NCBI GenBank assembly: GCA_001780035.1
Contig: MFEY01000007.1
Coordinates: forward strand, 123,155 to 187,154
Direction: 5' to 3'
Length of the DNA stretch: 64,000 bases
DNA from: Candidatus Doudnabacteria bacterium RIFCSPHIGHO2_12_FULL_48_16
GTDB lineage: Bacteria; Patescibacteriota; Doudnabacteria; UBA920; O2-02-FULL-48-8
Under the pieces are notes generated by a model. The model was not told where the DNA came from and searched no databases. It saw only the letters and a list, made by a program, of their open reading frames with translations. Below are positions 20,057 to 31,918 of this stretch, in pieces (positions within the stretch are counted from its first letter, which is position 1; each line of letters starts with the position of its first letter). The position numbers were made by a program, and so were the translations under genes.

Positions 20057-20940
20057 CCGTTCTGGTAAAGCAGGAAAGGTTTGAGTTCAGCACCGAATCG
20101 GGCCTTAAAGCTACCAACACCCTGATTGTTGGAACTCGCCATATCCAATGCCTTAACTCCCGTTGCTTGGAGTTTTTTTGTTGCCGAAAAAAGAATCAAG
20201 TAATTCGCGCTGCATTTCCGGGCTGCCAGAGTCGAAGCGCCCCACCAGTAAAAAGATCTTTTCCCTTGATTTAAAAAGACGCAGGCCGCCTCCAGCTTGC
20301 CATTCAGATAAGCTCCCATAAAACCAACATTTGGAAACTCGAACAGCCGCCGGAATAAAGATTCCGGGGTTTTATAAGAGCTTTTTACCCGATTCATGGT
20401 TTCGGCGTATATTTCATAAAAACGCCCCAGGTCATTCTTATTGATTAATTTGACCTCCACGCCGTTTTTTATTGCCTGCTTTATTGAATACCGCGTCTGT
20501 TTCGGTAGTTGCGTTTCCCATTCAGCATCAATCGTCAAGATCGAGGTCTGTTCTGCCTTCCAATTGGCAGGCAACGAACCAACGATACTGTCGGGAAACA
20601 ATTTCATGCGCGCGATTGTGATTTTGTATCGGCTTTCAATCTCAGTTATTAAATTAGCCAATAACTCCAGACTGAGCGGCTGCGGGCCAATTGGTCCGCC
20701 GTAGCCGATAAAATTTGAATAGCTTTTATTATCTTTTATCTGGAGGCTGAGAAATACAACTGAATCATTAATTTCCGCTTGGAAATAACGATTATTCAGT
20801 CCGAATTCATCCGAAACTAAATTTAGCCAAGCAGTTTGTTGAAAAAAATTATCCTTAGCATGAAAATTGACGGCCTTCTGCCAAATTTGCGGATCAATCT
20901 CTTGAATTTGCATGGTCGGCATAGTCATTAACAATTTCAC
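20053..20940 (-). CDS. GNAT/FemAB-like acyltransferase
   Basis: GYGGP, RYSIKQA.KNGV, FKARFGA. Confidence 0.8.
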   Translation of the reverse strand: MKLLMTMPTMQIQEIDPQIWQKAVNFHAKDNFFQQTAWLNLVSDEFGLNNRYFQAEINDSVVFLSLQIKDNKSYSNFIGYGGPIGPQPLSLELLANLITEIESRYKITIARMKLFPDSIVGSLPANWKAEQTSILTIDAEWETQLPKQTRYSIKQAIKNGVEVKLINKNDLGRFYEIYAETMNRVKSSYKTPESLFRRLFEFPNVGFMGAYLNGKLEAACVFLNQGKRSFYWWGASTLAARKCSANYLILFSATKKLQATGVKALDMASSNNQGVGSFKARFGAELKPFLLYQNG

Positions 20941-22141
20941 AAATCTGGTTTAATCTTTTGGTTGTCATTGGATAACGGAATGGGATGGATAAAACTTCCT
21001 GCCACAGCTTTTCGGTCGCCGGCAACTCCGCCGGCCCAAAACTGCCGGCTTTATACAAAGGGTAGTAATTCCAAACTGTTTGTATGCCTCGCTTGGCTAA
21101 ATATTCAGCCAGATCAAATCGCAATCTGGGATTTACACGCAATGTCGCGTATAAAGGCAGGGCTGAATCTGAAGAAATCAGACGGATATTTAGATTATTT
21201 CGAAGGTGATTAAAATTTTCAATCGTTTTGGTTAAATCTGCATCATAGGATCTCAGTTTTTTTGCCAATACGGATTTCTGCCCGGGATGCATCAGTCTCG
21301 GTTTGATTGATTGATCGCCCAATTGAATGGTTTTAAGCGGCGAAAAAGTATAAATCGCTCCCAGCCGTTTTAAGATCGGCGCCACAAAGCTTAAACGTTT
21401 TAAAGCAAAAAAAGTAAAATAATATTTCCACCTTTCTGCCAACACCAGGAACAACGAACCGTCAGAAACTGTTTCTACCGGCAAATTCTTTTCAATCGGG
21501 GCGGTTAAATCCTGCCGGTGGGTTACCAGCGCTCCCCCGCCCAGGGCAAAGAGATGTTTTTCCGGGCCAAAGCTGTATAAGGCCACGTCGCCATAGGTGT
21601 TAAGCTTTGGGCCGGCCAGGTGTTCAAGCGTTTGGGCCAGATCGTTAATCAAGAATATGTTTTGGCTTTTGCAGAAGTTGTGTAATTCTTCCAAATTATC
21701 AACCAAGCCGTATATGTGAGTTACTATCAAGCCCTTGGTCCTGGGTCCAATAGCCTTTGTCAAAGAATCAAAATTAAGGCCGGCTTCCGAGTTTATATCG
21801 ACAAACCTGATAATCCCTCCGGCCTGCTTAATTGCCTCGGCCACGGCGGTGCAATTAAATGCCGACAGCAAAATTTCATCACCGGGCTTTAAACCCAAGG
21901 CCTTGAGGGCGATTAAAATCGCCGAACGGCCGCTGTCCAGCAAATAGACATTCGGGCAAACAAAAAAGTCCTTGATTGTTCGATCAACGGTTTGGTTTTC
22001 TGAATTTATTTTCAGGGACTTTCTCAGACAAGATATCAAATAAATCAGATGGTCAGCGCCAAAACCGATCCAGGGATAAATCTCCGATATTTTACCCTTA
22101 ATGACCGGCGGAAATCGATTGTCCGGATAAAACTGGGGCAT
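20894..22141 (-). CDS. DegT/DnrJ family PLP aminotransferase
   Basis: SGRSAI, NDLAQ, SFGPEK. Confidence 0.85.
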   Translation of the reverse strand: MPQFYPDNRFPPVIKGKISEIYPWIGFGADHLIYLISCLRKSLKINSENQTVDRTIKDFFVCPNVYLLDSGRSAILIALKALGLKPGDEILLSAFNCTAVAEAIKQAGGIIRFVDINSEAGLNFDSLTKAIGPRTKGLIVTHIYGLVDNLEELHNFCKSQNIFLINDLAQTLEHLAGPKLNTYGDVALYSFGPEKHLFALGGGALVTHRQDLTAPIEKNLPVETVSDGSLFLVLAERWKYYFTFFALKRLSFVAPILKRLGAIYTFSPLKTIQLGDQSIKPRLMHPGQKSVLAKKLRSYDADLTKTIENFNHLRNNLNIRLISSDSALPLYATLRVNPRLRFDLAEYLAKRGIQTVWNYYPLYKAGSFGPAELPATEKLWQEVLSIPFRYPMTTKRLNQICEIVNDYADHANSRD

Positions 22142-23054
22142 AAGCTTGAAGAATAAGGGACATGCCGTCGCTCAGGTTTGTTTTCGCCTCAAAACCCAAA
22201 AGGTCTCTGGCTTTCTCAATAGACGGGACGCGCCGATCAATCTCCAAAGAAACGTCCCGAACTTCGCCGGCGCCATAAGTTTTGTAATTTATTACCGATT
22301 TAGATTGGGAAATTTTTTTCAATACCAATTCGGCCACGTCTTTTATCGATAGTTCATTTGGGTTGCCGATATTTACTATCTCATAAGGCGTTTGGTCATA
22401 CTCAACCAACCGGGCAACGCCCGAAGCAGCATCCCCGACATAGGTAAAACAGCGGGTTTGGTTACCGGCCCCGAAAATGTTAATCGGCTCATGATTTAGA
22501 GCGGCTTTGAGAAAAATACTGACCACAAAACTGTCTTTTTGGCCGGGGCCGTAAACGTTAAAAAATCGGACGATGCCGACGCTCATATTTTCTGCCTTGG
22601 TCTTCAGATAATTTTCGATTTGCAGTTTGCACTGAGCATAAACTGAAATCGGCTGCGGAATGCCGTCTTCTCGGTAGGGAATTTCCGTAGAATTGCCATA
22701 GATTTCCGAAGAGGATGAAAAAATAAACCTTTTGACATTGTTCGCCGCGCAAAAATCAATTAGATTTTTAGTGTCTTCGTAATTGACCTGCCGCACTTTT
22801 TCCGGATTATTCCGGCAATTATCGACTCCGATCATTGCCGCCAGATGAATCACCACGTCCGAATCGGATAAATAAGGCTTAATTTTTTCCAAATCGGCAA
22901 TCTCAGCATGGACAAACTGAACTCCGTCAACTTTTGGCGGAACCAGGTCGATAATCACTATATCGTATGTTCCGATTTCTAAAAGCTTCCGGGTTAAGTG
23001 AGTTCCGATAAAACCAGACCCGCCCGTAATGACCGCTCGTTTCTTATTTTCCAT
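22098..23054 (-). CDS. NAD-dependent epimerase/dehydratase
   Basis: TGGSGFIG, YAQCK, RFFNVYGP. Confidence 0.93.
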   Translation of the reverse strand: MENKKRAVITGGSGFIGTHLTRKLLEIGTYDIVIIDLVPPKVDGVQFVHAEIADLEKIKPYLSDSDVVIHLAAMIGVDNCRNNPEKVRQVNYEDTKNLIDFCAANNVKRFIFSSSSEIYGNSTEIPYREDGIPQPISVYAQCKLQIENYLKTKAENMSVGIVRFFNVYGPGQKDSFVVSIFLKAALNHEPINIFGAGNQTRCFTYVGDAASGVARLVEYDQTPYEIVNIGNPNELSIKDVAELVLKKISQSKSVINYKTYGAGEVRDVSLEIDRRVPSIEKARDLLGFEAKTNLSDGMSLILQAYAPVLSGQSISAGH

Positions 23055-24189
23055 AAGTTAATTGATTTAATGTTAAGCAGACCCGCCTGACTTCTTTTTC
23101 ACTCAAGTTTTCATAAAACGGCAATGACAAAATTTGCCGGAAAATCTTCTCGGTAACAGGCAGCTGGCGGTTGAGGGCTAATTTTTTATAAAGAGTCTGC
23201 TGATGATTGGGGATAAAATGGACGCTGGTGCCGATGCCGGCTGATTTTAATTTCTCTATCAGGCCGTCCCGGCCGATCCTAGATGAAGGTTGAACTCTTA
23301 CTACAAACAGATGCCAGGCGTGTTCGCTTGTCGGATGAACCGGCTCAGCGGGCAATATTAAATTAGGATTATGCGATAACAATTGCTTATACAATTTAGC
23401 CAATCTTACCCTGGTGACGTGAGCTTTACCGGCCAGAGGAACCTGCGCCAATCCAATCGCGGCGTGGATATCGCTTAAATTATATTTTAAACCCGGGAAC
23501 AACACGTCGTATTTCCAAGATCCCGTTTTTTGATACCGTTTCCAGGCATTTTTTGAAATTCCGTGCAGGGACATCATCCGGACATAGTTTGCGGTCTCGA
23601 GATTTGGGCAAACAACCAGTCCACCTTCGGCCGTGGTTAAATTTTTGGTAGCATAAAAACTAAAGCAGGTTAAATTTTTTCCGCTGCCCACATACTTTCC
23701 TTTGTATTTGGTCAAGAAAGCATGGGCGGCATCCTCGACGATCACCAGATTGTGCTGGCGGGCCAGGTTGTTTATTTCATCGAGGTTGGCCGGCAGGCCG
23801 GCAAAATGAACGACCACGATAGCTTTGGTCTTGCGCGTAATTCTCTTCTCGACATCCTTTGGATCCAAACATAAGGTATCCTCTTGGATATCGCAAAAAA
23901 CCGGCCTAGCCCCGGTATGCAGTATGGCGTTTATGGTGGAACAAAATGTATAGCTAGGAACAATCACCTCGTCCCCTCGTCCGATCCCGGCAGCCAGATA
24001 GGCCAAATGCAAAGCAGCGGTGCCCGAGGACACGGCCACCGTATATTTTGCTCCAATGATTTTGGCAATTGAACTTTCCAATCGCTGAACTTTTTTGCCG
24101 GTCGTTATCCAGCCCGAATCAATCACCTGTTTGAGGCCTTCAATGGCCGAAGCCGGAATGCTTGGTTTATGAAACGGAATGTATTTCAT
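23044..24189 (-). CDS. DegT/DnrJ family PLP aminotransferase
   Basis: SGTAALH, EDAAHA, SFYATKN.TTAEGG. Confidence 0.95.
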   Translation of the reverse strand: MKYIPFHKPSIPASAIEGLKQVIDSGWITTGKKVQRLESSIAKIIGAKYTVAVSSGTAALHLAYLAAGIGRGDEVIVPSYTFCSTINAILHTGARPVFCDIQEDTLCLDPKDVEKRITRKTKAIVVVHFAGLPANLDEINNLARQHNLVIVEDAAHAFLTKYKGKYVGSGKNLTCFSFYATKNLTTAEGGLVVCPNLETANYVRMMSLHGISKNAWKRYQKTGSWKYDVLFPGLKYNLSDIHAAIGLAQVPLAGKAHVTRVRLAKLYKQLLSHNPNLILPAEPVHPTSEHAWHLFVVRVQPSSRIGRDGLIEKLKSAGIGTSVHFIPNHQQTLYKKLALNRQLPVTEKIFRQILSLPFYENLSEKEVRRVCLTLNQLTYGK

Positions 24190-25157
24190 AGCTTCAGAGT
24201 TTTGAATAAGGAATCAAGCTTAATGGCTTTTTTGAGTGATTTGAGGTCAGGCCCCTTTGGAAGATTAATGAACAGCAGAGCAGCCAGGGTCGCGTTTCGC
24301 AGGCGGATAAACAAGGGCAATAATTGACTTTCCATTGTACTCCAATGGCGGCGTTTTGTATAGCCTTGGCGATACCGACGCAAAATTTGAGTATGGGTCA
24401 AAATTGGATTGAAAAATAGCCACCACCATAGCGAAAAGGCGCTATCGAGCGCCAACGGCTGATATGACAGATCATCAAAATCCAAAATACCGCGGATGTG
24501 GCGATCTGAAACAATGATATTGTTGCTGTCGTAATCCAGATGAACGTAACCGGCCGGCAAGGTCCAGATTTCTTTTTCGCGCTCTTTAATTTCGAGCAAT
24601 ATATCCTGGACAATCCCTTCATATTTTTGCTTAAGGCCGCTGTCAGGGAGCTTCTTAAGCAGGGCTTTGGTTCTTTCCTCCTTTAGCCAAACCGCCATTT
24701 TATTAAAAGATGATTTAAGATTTGGCCGAGGCAAAATCTGTTGTCCCAGTTCATGCATCTGGGCCTGGAAGCCGGCGAATTCCGAAATCAACGAATGCTC
24801 ATTGGATTTCAAATGGTGGCCGGTAATAAATTCCATCACGATGGCGCGCCACTGATTATACTTAGAGTCCCTAAATTTTGTTAAAATTTGGCCTTTGACA
24901 TTTTTCAACGTTTGAGGGATCGGAACTCCCGCCTGTCGAAACTTGGCGGTTATCCGTAGCTCATTCAAAATGTCCCGATCGGCCCGAGTGCCGCGTTGAT
25001 AAACTCGCAACACATATTCTTCATTTTCCGAATCCAAAACAAAAAACGAAGAATTTATAATTCCGTCTTTTATCGGGACGATGCTTTTGGATTTCAACCC
25101 GTATAAAGCCAAAAGTTTTTTGATCTCGGATTTGGAACCCTGAAATTTATTATTCAT
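24186..25157 (-). CDS. APH/homoserine-kinase type II family phosphotransferase
   Basis: YVLRVY, HLDYDSNN, ILDFDD. Confidence 0.85.
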   Translation of the reverse strand: MNNKFQGSKSEIKKLLALYGLKSKSIVPIKDGIINSSFFVLDSENEEYVLRVYQRGTRADRDILNELRITAKFRQAGVPIPQTLKNVKGQILTKFRDSKYNQWRAIVMEFITGHHLKSNEHSLISEFAGFQAQMHELGQQILPRPNLKSSFNKMAVWLKEERTKALLKKLPDSGLKQKYEGIVQDILLEIKEREKEIWTLPAGYVHLDYDSNNIIVSDRHIRGILDFDDLSYQPLALDSAFSLWWWLFFNPILTHTQILRRYRQGYTKRRHWSTMESQLLPLFIRLRNATLAALLFINLPKGPDLKSLKKAIKLDSLFKTLKL

Positions 25158-25259
25158 GCAATTGAATAAACTATAGCAAAAATAGCCTCGGCTATCCAGT
25201 TGCCGGAATTGAACAATAATCCTTTTTCAGCTATTATATAGTGTTCCAAGGAGGAACAC

Positions 25260-26114
25260 ATGAAGGTCGAAATCCTGGGTTCTGGCGGATCGTTCACCAT
25301 TCCGAGACCTGGCTGCGGGTGCCGGATCTGCCGGGAAGCGCGCCAGAAAGGGCTTCCCTACAGCCGCACCGGGCCTAGCTTGTTCGTGCATGGGCCTAAC
25401 GTTCTGATCGACACGCCAGAGGAGGCCAAAGAGCAGCTCGATCGAAGCCGGGTGAAAAAACTGGCAGGCTGCTTCTACTCTCACTGGCACGGAGACCATG
25501 TGATGGGGCGCCGGGTGTGGTGGAGTCTGAACTATGATTTCCAACACACGATCCCCCAACACCGCACGACAACCATCTACTTGCCGGAGCAGGTGGCGGC
25601 TGACTTCCGGACGAATCTCGGAAGCTGGCAACATCTCTCGGCCCTCGAAGAACAGGGCTTGGTCAAGCTGGTTGTCCTGAAGGAAGGCGCCCGCATTGAG
25701 TTGTCCGGCGTGCGCATCACGCCCTTCCCGCTGGCCGAAGGCTATGTCTACGGTTTCTTGTTCGAACAGAGAGACCGGAAGCTGGTGATCGTTCCAGACG
25801 ACATGTTCCGGTGGCGCCCCGATGAAAGCCTGCGCGGCGCCGATCTGGCCATCTTGCCGATGGGAGTGGCCGAGTTCAACCCGCTGACGGGCCGCCGGCG
25901 AATGGGCAAACGCCATCCGGTGCTGGCCGACGAGGCGACGTTCGAGGACACGATCGAAATCGTCCGCCAATTGCGAGCCAAGTCGGTCGTGCTGACGCAC
26001 ATCGAAGAGCACGACGGGCTGAGCTACAGCGATCTGGAGCGGGTCGCCGAGAAACTTCAGAAGCGGGGTCTCAATGTCCGCTTCGCATTCGACACCATGA
26101 AGGTGAAGGTATGA
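25260..26114 (+). CDS. MBL-fold hydrolase (PhnP-like), GC-rich
   Basis: LGSGGS..P.PGC.C..C, SHWHGDH, LTHIEE; GGAGGA SD. Confidence 0.88.
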   Translation: MKVEILGSGGSFTIPRPGCGCRICREARQKGLPYSRTGPSLFVHGPNVLIDTPEEAKEQLDRSRVKKLAGCFYSHWHGDHVMGRRVWWSLNYDFQHTIPQHRTTTIYLPEQVAADFRTNLGSWQHLSALEEQGLVKLVVLKEGARIELSGVRITPFPLAEGYVYGFLFEQRDRKLVIVPDDMFRWRPDESLRGADLAILPMGVAEFNPLTGRRRMGKRHPVLADEATFEDTIEIVRQLRAKSVVLTHIEEHDGLSYSDLERVAEKLQKRGLNVRFAFDTMKVKV

Positions 26115-26454
26115 CTCCCGGGCGCAGCTTGGGAGTCAGTTTTTTTATTTTAACAAATCTACATATAACTCTACAGGGTAGTTTTCAAAAAACCTTGATT
26201 CTGGGGTCCGGTCTGCGACTCGCACTCCTGTTAAATTGTTCTATAAATATTCAAGATTTGAATTCATAATAGGTTCGATTCCCTTAAGGGTGTGTCATGT
26301 CTTGAAAAAATAAATCTCCTTAGAAAGGAGGTGTTTGACGAGGGCTTACGAATCAATAAACTATTAACAATAAAAATATTACCGTTGGTAGTATAACTCT
26401 TTATGAGAATTAAATCAAATTTAATAAATAGAATATGGCTCGAGAAATGATCCG

Positions 26455-26878
26455 CTACTCCTTCCGCGCGAGCCGTTCTTTTATTTTTTCCACTACATCA
26501 CTTAAATTCCAATCAGATTTTATCAGGTAATACGCCGGCTCGTTTTTCGCAACTCCTTGCATGATTTTTTCTTCGCTGGCCGAAAGATTAGTCAAAAGTA
26601 TGATAGAAACAGTTTTTCCATATTGTCCTCCTTCTGCTCGTAGCTTGTCCATCATTTCCAGCCCACTCATCACGGGCATGAGGATATCCAGGAGGATCAG
26701 ATCGGGTTTTTCTCGGAGCGCTATTTCCAAACCTTCCTTGCCATTGGTTGCCGCAAGCATAAAAAAACCCTGATCGCGCAATTCTTCGACATATAGCTTG
26801 CGGATAATCTCCTCATCTTCGACAATTAGAATTTTTATCTTACCCTGTACCGAGCTTTGCTCTGGTACCGGGGGATTT

Positions 26879-26892
<14 letters not shown>
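26455..26892 (-). CDS. single-domain response regulator
   Basis: ILIVEDE, LLDILMP, LTN, K. Confidence 0.93.
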
Positions 26893-28523
<1,631 letters not shown>

Positions 28524-28546
<23 letters not shown>

Positions 28547-29132
28547 TGCCGCTATTAACTCGCTTCTTCAAATTCGCGATTTCGTTCTTGAGTTCCACCA
28601 TTTTTAATTCTCTGTCCACCATGATTTTATTAGATTTTTCCAATTCTTTTACTTTATCGCTAAGCTCTTTTGTCCGTTCTTCTACTTTAACCGCAAGCTC
28701 TTCGGCATGTTTGGCTAATTTTTCCTCAAGTTCCTGTTTGACAGTAATGTCTTCAATGGCCAGAATAATCAATTGCACCGAATCTATTTGTCTAGCATTG
28801 AGCACCATAGTTTTCCTCCCGATTGTTTCGAAATTATACACAACCTTATAATCTTTCACCGTTTTTTTACTGGGTAAAATATCTTCCATCAATTTTTTCA
28901 GTTCGGGGATATCCCACTGACCATTTCCTAATTTATAAAGAGATGTGTTCTCCGTTTGCTTTGGCGAGGCCTGAAAAGTTTGGTAAAAAACCGAGTTTCC
29001 TGAAATCACTTCAAGATCGGAATCAAGAATTAAAAACGACTCTCTGGCAACGTCTACCAGCGTTTTCATATAATGCATGGCCAGGTCTTTGGATTCTTTT
29101 AACCCATTTTGTTTGTGTTCGATTTTTTTCAT
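28524..29132 (-). CDS. PAS domain plus coiled-coil protein
   Basis: LGNGQWDIPEL, LNARQ, RELKMVELK; AAGGGGGTGA SD. Confidence 0.85.
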
Positions 29133-29266
29133 TTTTTCACCCCCTTTTTATCTCTATTGATTTTTCTTTCTAGATTATGTATGGTGATAAGCTAGGCGGT
29201 AATTCTAAAATTCAATAAATAAACTATAGTAAACTTTTACCATAATGTCAATTTACGAAGGGAGTC

Positions 29267-29467
29267 ATGATGCATATTGCCAGAAACATTAAAAAATACC
29301 GTCAAAAAGCCGGGATGTCCCAGGACAAACTCTCCAAGCTGGCTGGCATAAATTTGCATACAATTGCCAAGATTGAATCCGGAGCCACGCCAGATCCGAG
29401 AGTTCTAACTGTTAAAAAAATTGCTGACGAGCTGGGCTGCACCATAGATGAATTATTGATGGCTTAA
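29267..29467 (+). CDS. XRE-family HTH regulator
   Basis: IKKYR..GMSQ..IAKIESG..P. Confidence 0.9.
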   Translation: MMHIARNIKKYRQKAGMSQDKLSKLAGINLHTIAKIESGATPDPRVLTVKKIADELGCTIDELLMA

Positions 29468-29481
29468 AAATCTTCATTCGA

Positions 29482-29862
29482 TCAAATGAGGATTTTTTTT
29501 ATTTGCTCCAGTACGTCTTTAATACTCCAATCGCTCTTCACTAGAAAATACAAAGGCTCATCTGTAATCACTCCTTTTATAATATTTTCATTGGCGCTTA
29601 AGTTGGTAAGCAGTATAATAGGCACCTTCCTCCCCCAGTCATCTGCCCTCAGTTTCTTCATCATGTCCATGCCGTTCATGACCGGCATGACAATATCAAG
29701 CAGGATCAGATCGGGTTTTTCCCGGAGCGCGGTTTCCAGGCCTTCCTGGCCATTTGTGGCTGTTGCAACAGAAAACCCTTTATCCCGTAACTCATCGGCA
29801 TATGGTTTACGGATCATTTCCTCATCTTCCACTATTAGAATTTTTTTTGGCTGTTCTGACAT
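29482..29862 (-). CDS. single-domain response regulator (paralog of 26455-26892)
   Basis: ILIVEDE, ALREKPDLILLDI.MP. Confidence 0.93.
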   Translation of the reverse strand: MSEQPKKILIVEDEEMIRKPYADELRDKGFSVATATNGQEGLETALREKPDLILLDIVMPVMNGMDMMKKLRADDWGRKVPIILLTNLSANENIIKGVITDEPLYFLVKSDWSIKDVLEQIKKILI

Positions 29863-29877
29863 ACCTAGTATATATGT

Positions 29878-31236
29878 TTAATTATTTATTTTGTGCTTCC
29901 TGACAACCACAAGATTTTTATCCTCAATAAGCTTTCGACCTTTGATTGCCTGATCATGCCTTCCAAACGCAAAGCTAATTTTCTGGTTCAACGATTTCTC
30001 ATAATTAGAAATCAGGAGGGCAATGATTTGAGCCGGCGCTTTTTTTATTTCAAGCACCCTGCCGCTGTCTTGTTCAATTATCAGACCCTCAACATTATTA
30101 GCTATATCCACGGCTTTGTCTCCAACGCGGTAGCGCATTTGCATGATAATATCGCTGATCATTTCGTAAAACATTCGGTCCCTTGCCGGTATCTTTGGAT
30201 ATTCATGCGGGGTGAAACGTCCGATCCGGCGTTTTTTCATTATTAGGCGACTGATGACTGCAAATATGATGCCGACAAGCAGCAAGATAATCCCGTAAAA
30301 AGTCAGGTCGCTTAAAAAAATTCCCGCAAACTTTCGTTCTACGCTAAATTGATAGCTTGAAGTGGCCGGAACTTTCTGGCCGGGATAAGCGATGCTGGTT
30401 TCGACAGTATATTGGCCAGACGAAAAATCATGGGGGATTTGCATAAGTTTAATAAAACTAGCCGTGGTTTCAACCGCCACTGTTTCAGAGCCTGTCAGCA
30501 CTGCTTTGTTGTTTGCATCAAGAACACGGTAATTAATTGTGACATCCACTCTTTGTTGGCTGCCAAAATTAGTCAGTTTAACAGCAATGGGCAATTGCTC
30601 CCCGGGTGCGATACGCGTGACTAAATTCGTACTACTGGTGCCTAGCTGGACATCAAATAAGTTGGGTTGTTCAGATACTGGTAGGTCCGGCAACGGCTTG
30701 ATTGGCGGTAAAATTTGGGGCTGGGCATTATCTGTTACGTTTACGACTATCTGCGGCCGGGATTCCAAGGTGCTCTGGCTTTTGGCATTGAGAATAAATG
30801 ATTTAATGCCAACAGTCATCACATCTTCACCAGCTTGTTTGGCCCGGAATGTAATTGTGCCAAACGGCACGCTTTGCGAAAAGCCGGCAGGAAAACCTGC
30901 GGTTTTTATAAGTTCCCCGGCTTGATTGTCGATCAAATCATAACCTGACTGTGACAGGGCAATCCAATTTTTATCAAAAGTAAAAGAGACAACTTCAAGA
31001 ACCTCTGCAGAAAACGTAAGGGTCAACCGGACAGTGTAGTTTTTCTCGCCCGTTGGATCAATGCTCGCCGGCATGGTAAATGTTTCTCCAAGTTTTACCT
31101 GAATGACTTGATCTTGAAAAACCATAAGGCTTGCATTCGCTCTCAACGGTAACACCGCAAGCAGCATAAAAGTACTTACGGCAATGAAAAGTAAATTAGG
31201 CTTTAAAATTTTCACAATTGATAAATAGTTCCCCAT
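29878..31236 (-). CDS. membrane protein: cohesin-like and Ig-like ectodomains, TM, cytoplasmic domain
   Basis: signal peptide; GETFT..IDP..LTF....LEVV..FGTITF.AK; TM near residue 310-333. Confidence 0.7.
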   Translation of the reverse strand: MGNYLSIVKILKPNLLFIAVSTFMLLAVLPLRANASLMVFQDQVIQVKLGETFTMPASIDPTGEKNYTVRLTLTFSAEVLEVVSFTFDKNWIALSQSGYDLIDNQAGELIKTAGFPAGFSQSVPFGTITFRAKQAGEDVMTVGIKSFILNAKSQSTLESRPQIVVNVTDNAQPQILPPIKPLPDLPVSEQPNLFDVQLGTSSTNLVTRIAPGEQLPIAVKLTNFGSQQRVDVTINYRVLDANNKAVLTGSETVAVETTASFIKLMQIPHDFSSGQYTVETSIAYPGQKVPATSSYQFSVERKFAGIFLSDLTFYGIILLLVGIIFAVISRLIMKKRRIGRFTPHEYPKIPARDRMFYEMISDIIMQMRYRVGDKAVDIANNVEGLIIEQDSGRVLEIKKAPAQIIALLISNYEKSLNQKISFAFGRHDQAIKGRKLIEDKNLVVVRKHKINN

Positions 31237-31910
31237 AAGACCATGATTTGATTAAAATCAAAAATATCTACGATACCATCTCTATTCATATCAGCAGGAT
31301 TACCCTGCTCTTGTATGCCCCAGTTGATCATCATGGCATTAAAATCAAGAATGTTGAAAGCTCCATCTTTGACCAAATCGAGTTCTATTGGTGTCAAAAT
31401 AGTCTCTGTTGCCGCTCCTCCACCCCCACCTCCGCCAGAAAAAACAGGAGTTGTGCTTCGGGCCGAGACTGGCCGCCAATCAGTGCGCACATCGCAGTTA
31501 TCGCAATCAAAGGTCAGCGTTCCGACCAAACTGCCGGTAGCGCTGCCTTGGAATTGGCCTGCTGAATCAATGGTCACGCCGGAGAAATCGATCCAGCCAA
31601 GACCCTCGCCCCAGGCATTGCCGCCGAGCGTTCCTTCGCCGTTATTCGTAATCCCGCCATTAGAAGGAGTAAGATTGATCCAAGCCGTATTGCCGTTCCA
31701 GGCATCACCTGTAAGACCTGCGTCAGTCACGTGGATGTTTCCTTCTGTAAGACCGAAATTTACCCAGCCGGCGTTATTCGACCAGGCATAGCCTGCATTA
31801 CCGCCGGTAACGATCGTTCCATCAGTTTCAGAAGCTAAAGCAAGGCTTGGAGCGACAAAGCAAAGGAGTACCACAGATGCTATCAAAAATATGGTGAAAC
31901 GGGTATGCAT
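31212..31910 (-). CDS. secreted protein with three AW..GW.F repeats and a C-terminal dockerin
   Basis: duplicated Ca-loop DLVKDG.FNILDF / DMNRDG.VDIFDF. Confidence 0.8.
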   Translation of the reverse strand: MHTRFTIFLIASVVLLCFVAPSLALASETDGTIVTGGNAGYAWSNNAGWVNFGLTEGNIHVTDAGLTGDAWNGNTAWINLTPSNGGITNNGEGTLGGNAWGEGLGWIDFSGVTIDSAGQFQGSATGSLVGTLTFDCDNCDVRTDWRPVSARSTTPVFSGGGGGGGAATETILTPIELDLVKDGAFNILDFNAMMINWGIQEQGNPADMNRDGIVDIFDFNQIMVLWGTIYQL

Positions 31911-31918
31911 ACTAGTAA

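Noticed and set aside
26271-26296. GGTTCGATTCCC T-loop-like sequence as a tRNA
   Set aside because: No acceptor, D or anticodon arms can be built around it.
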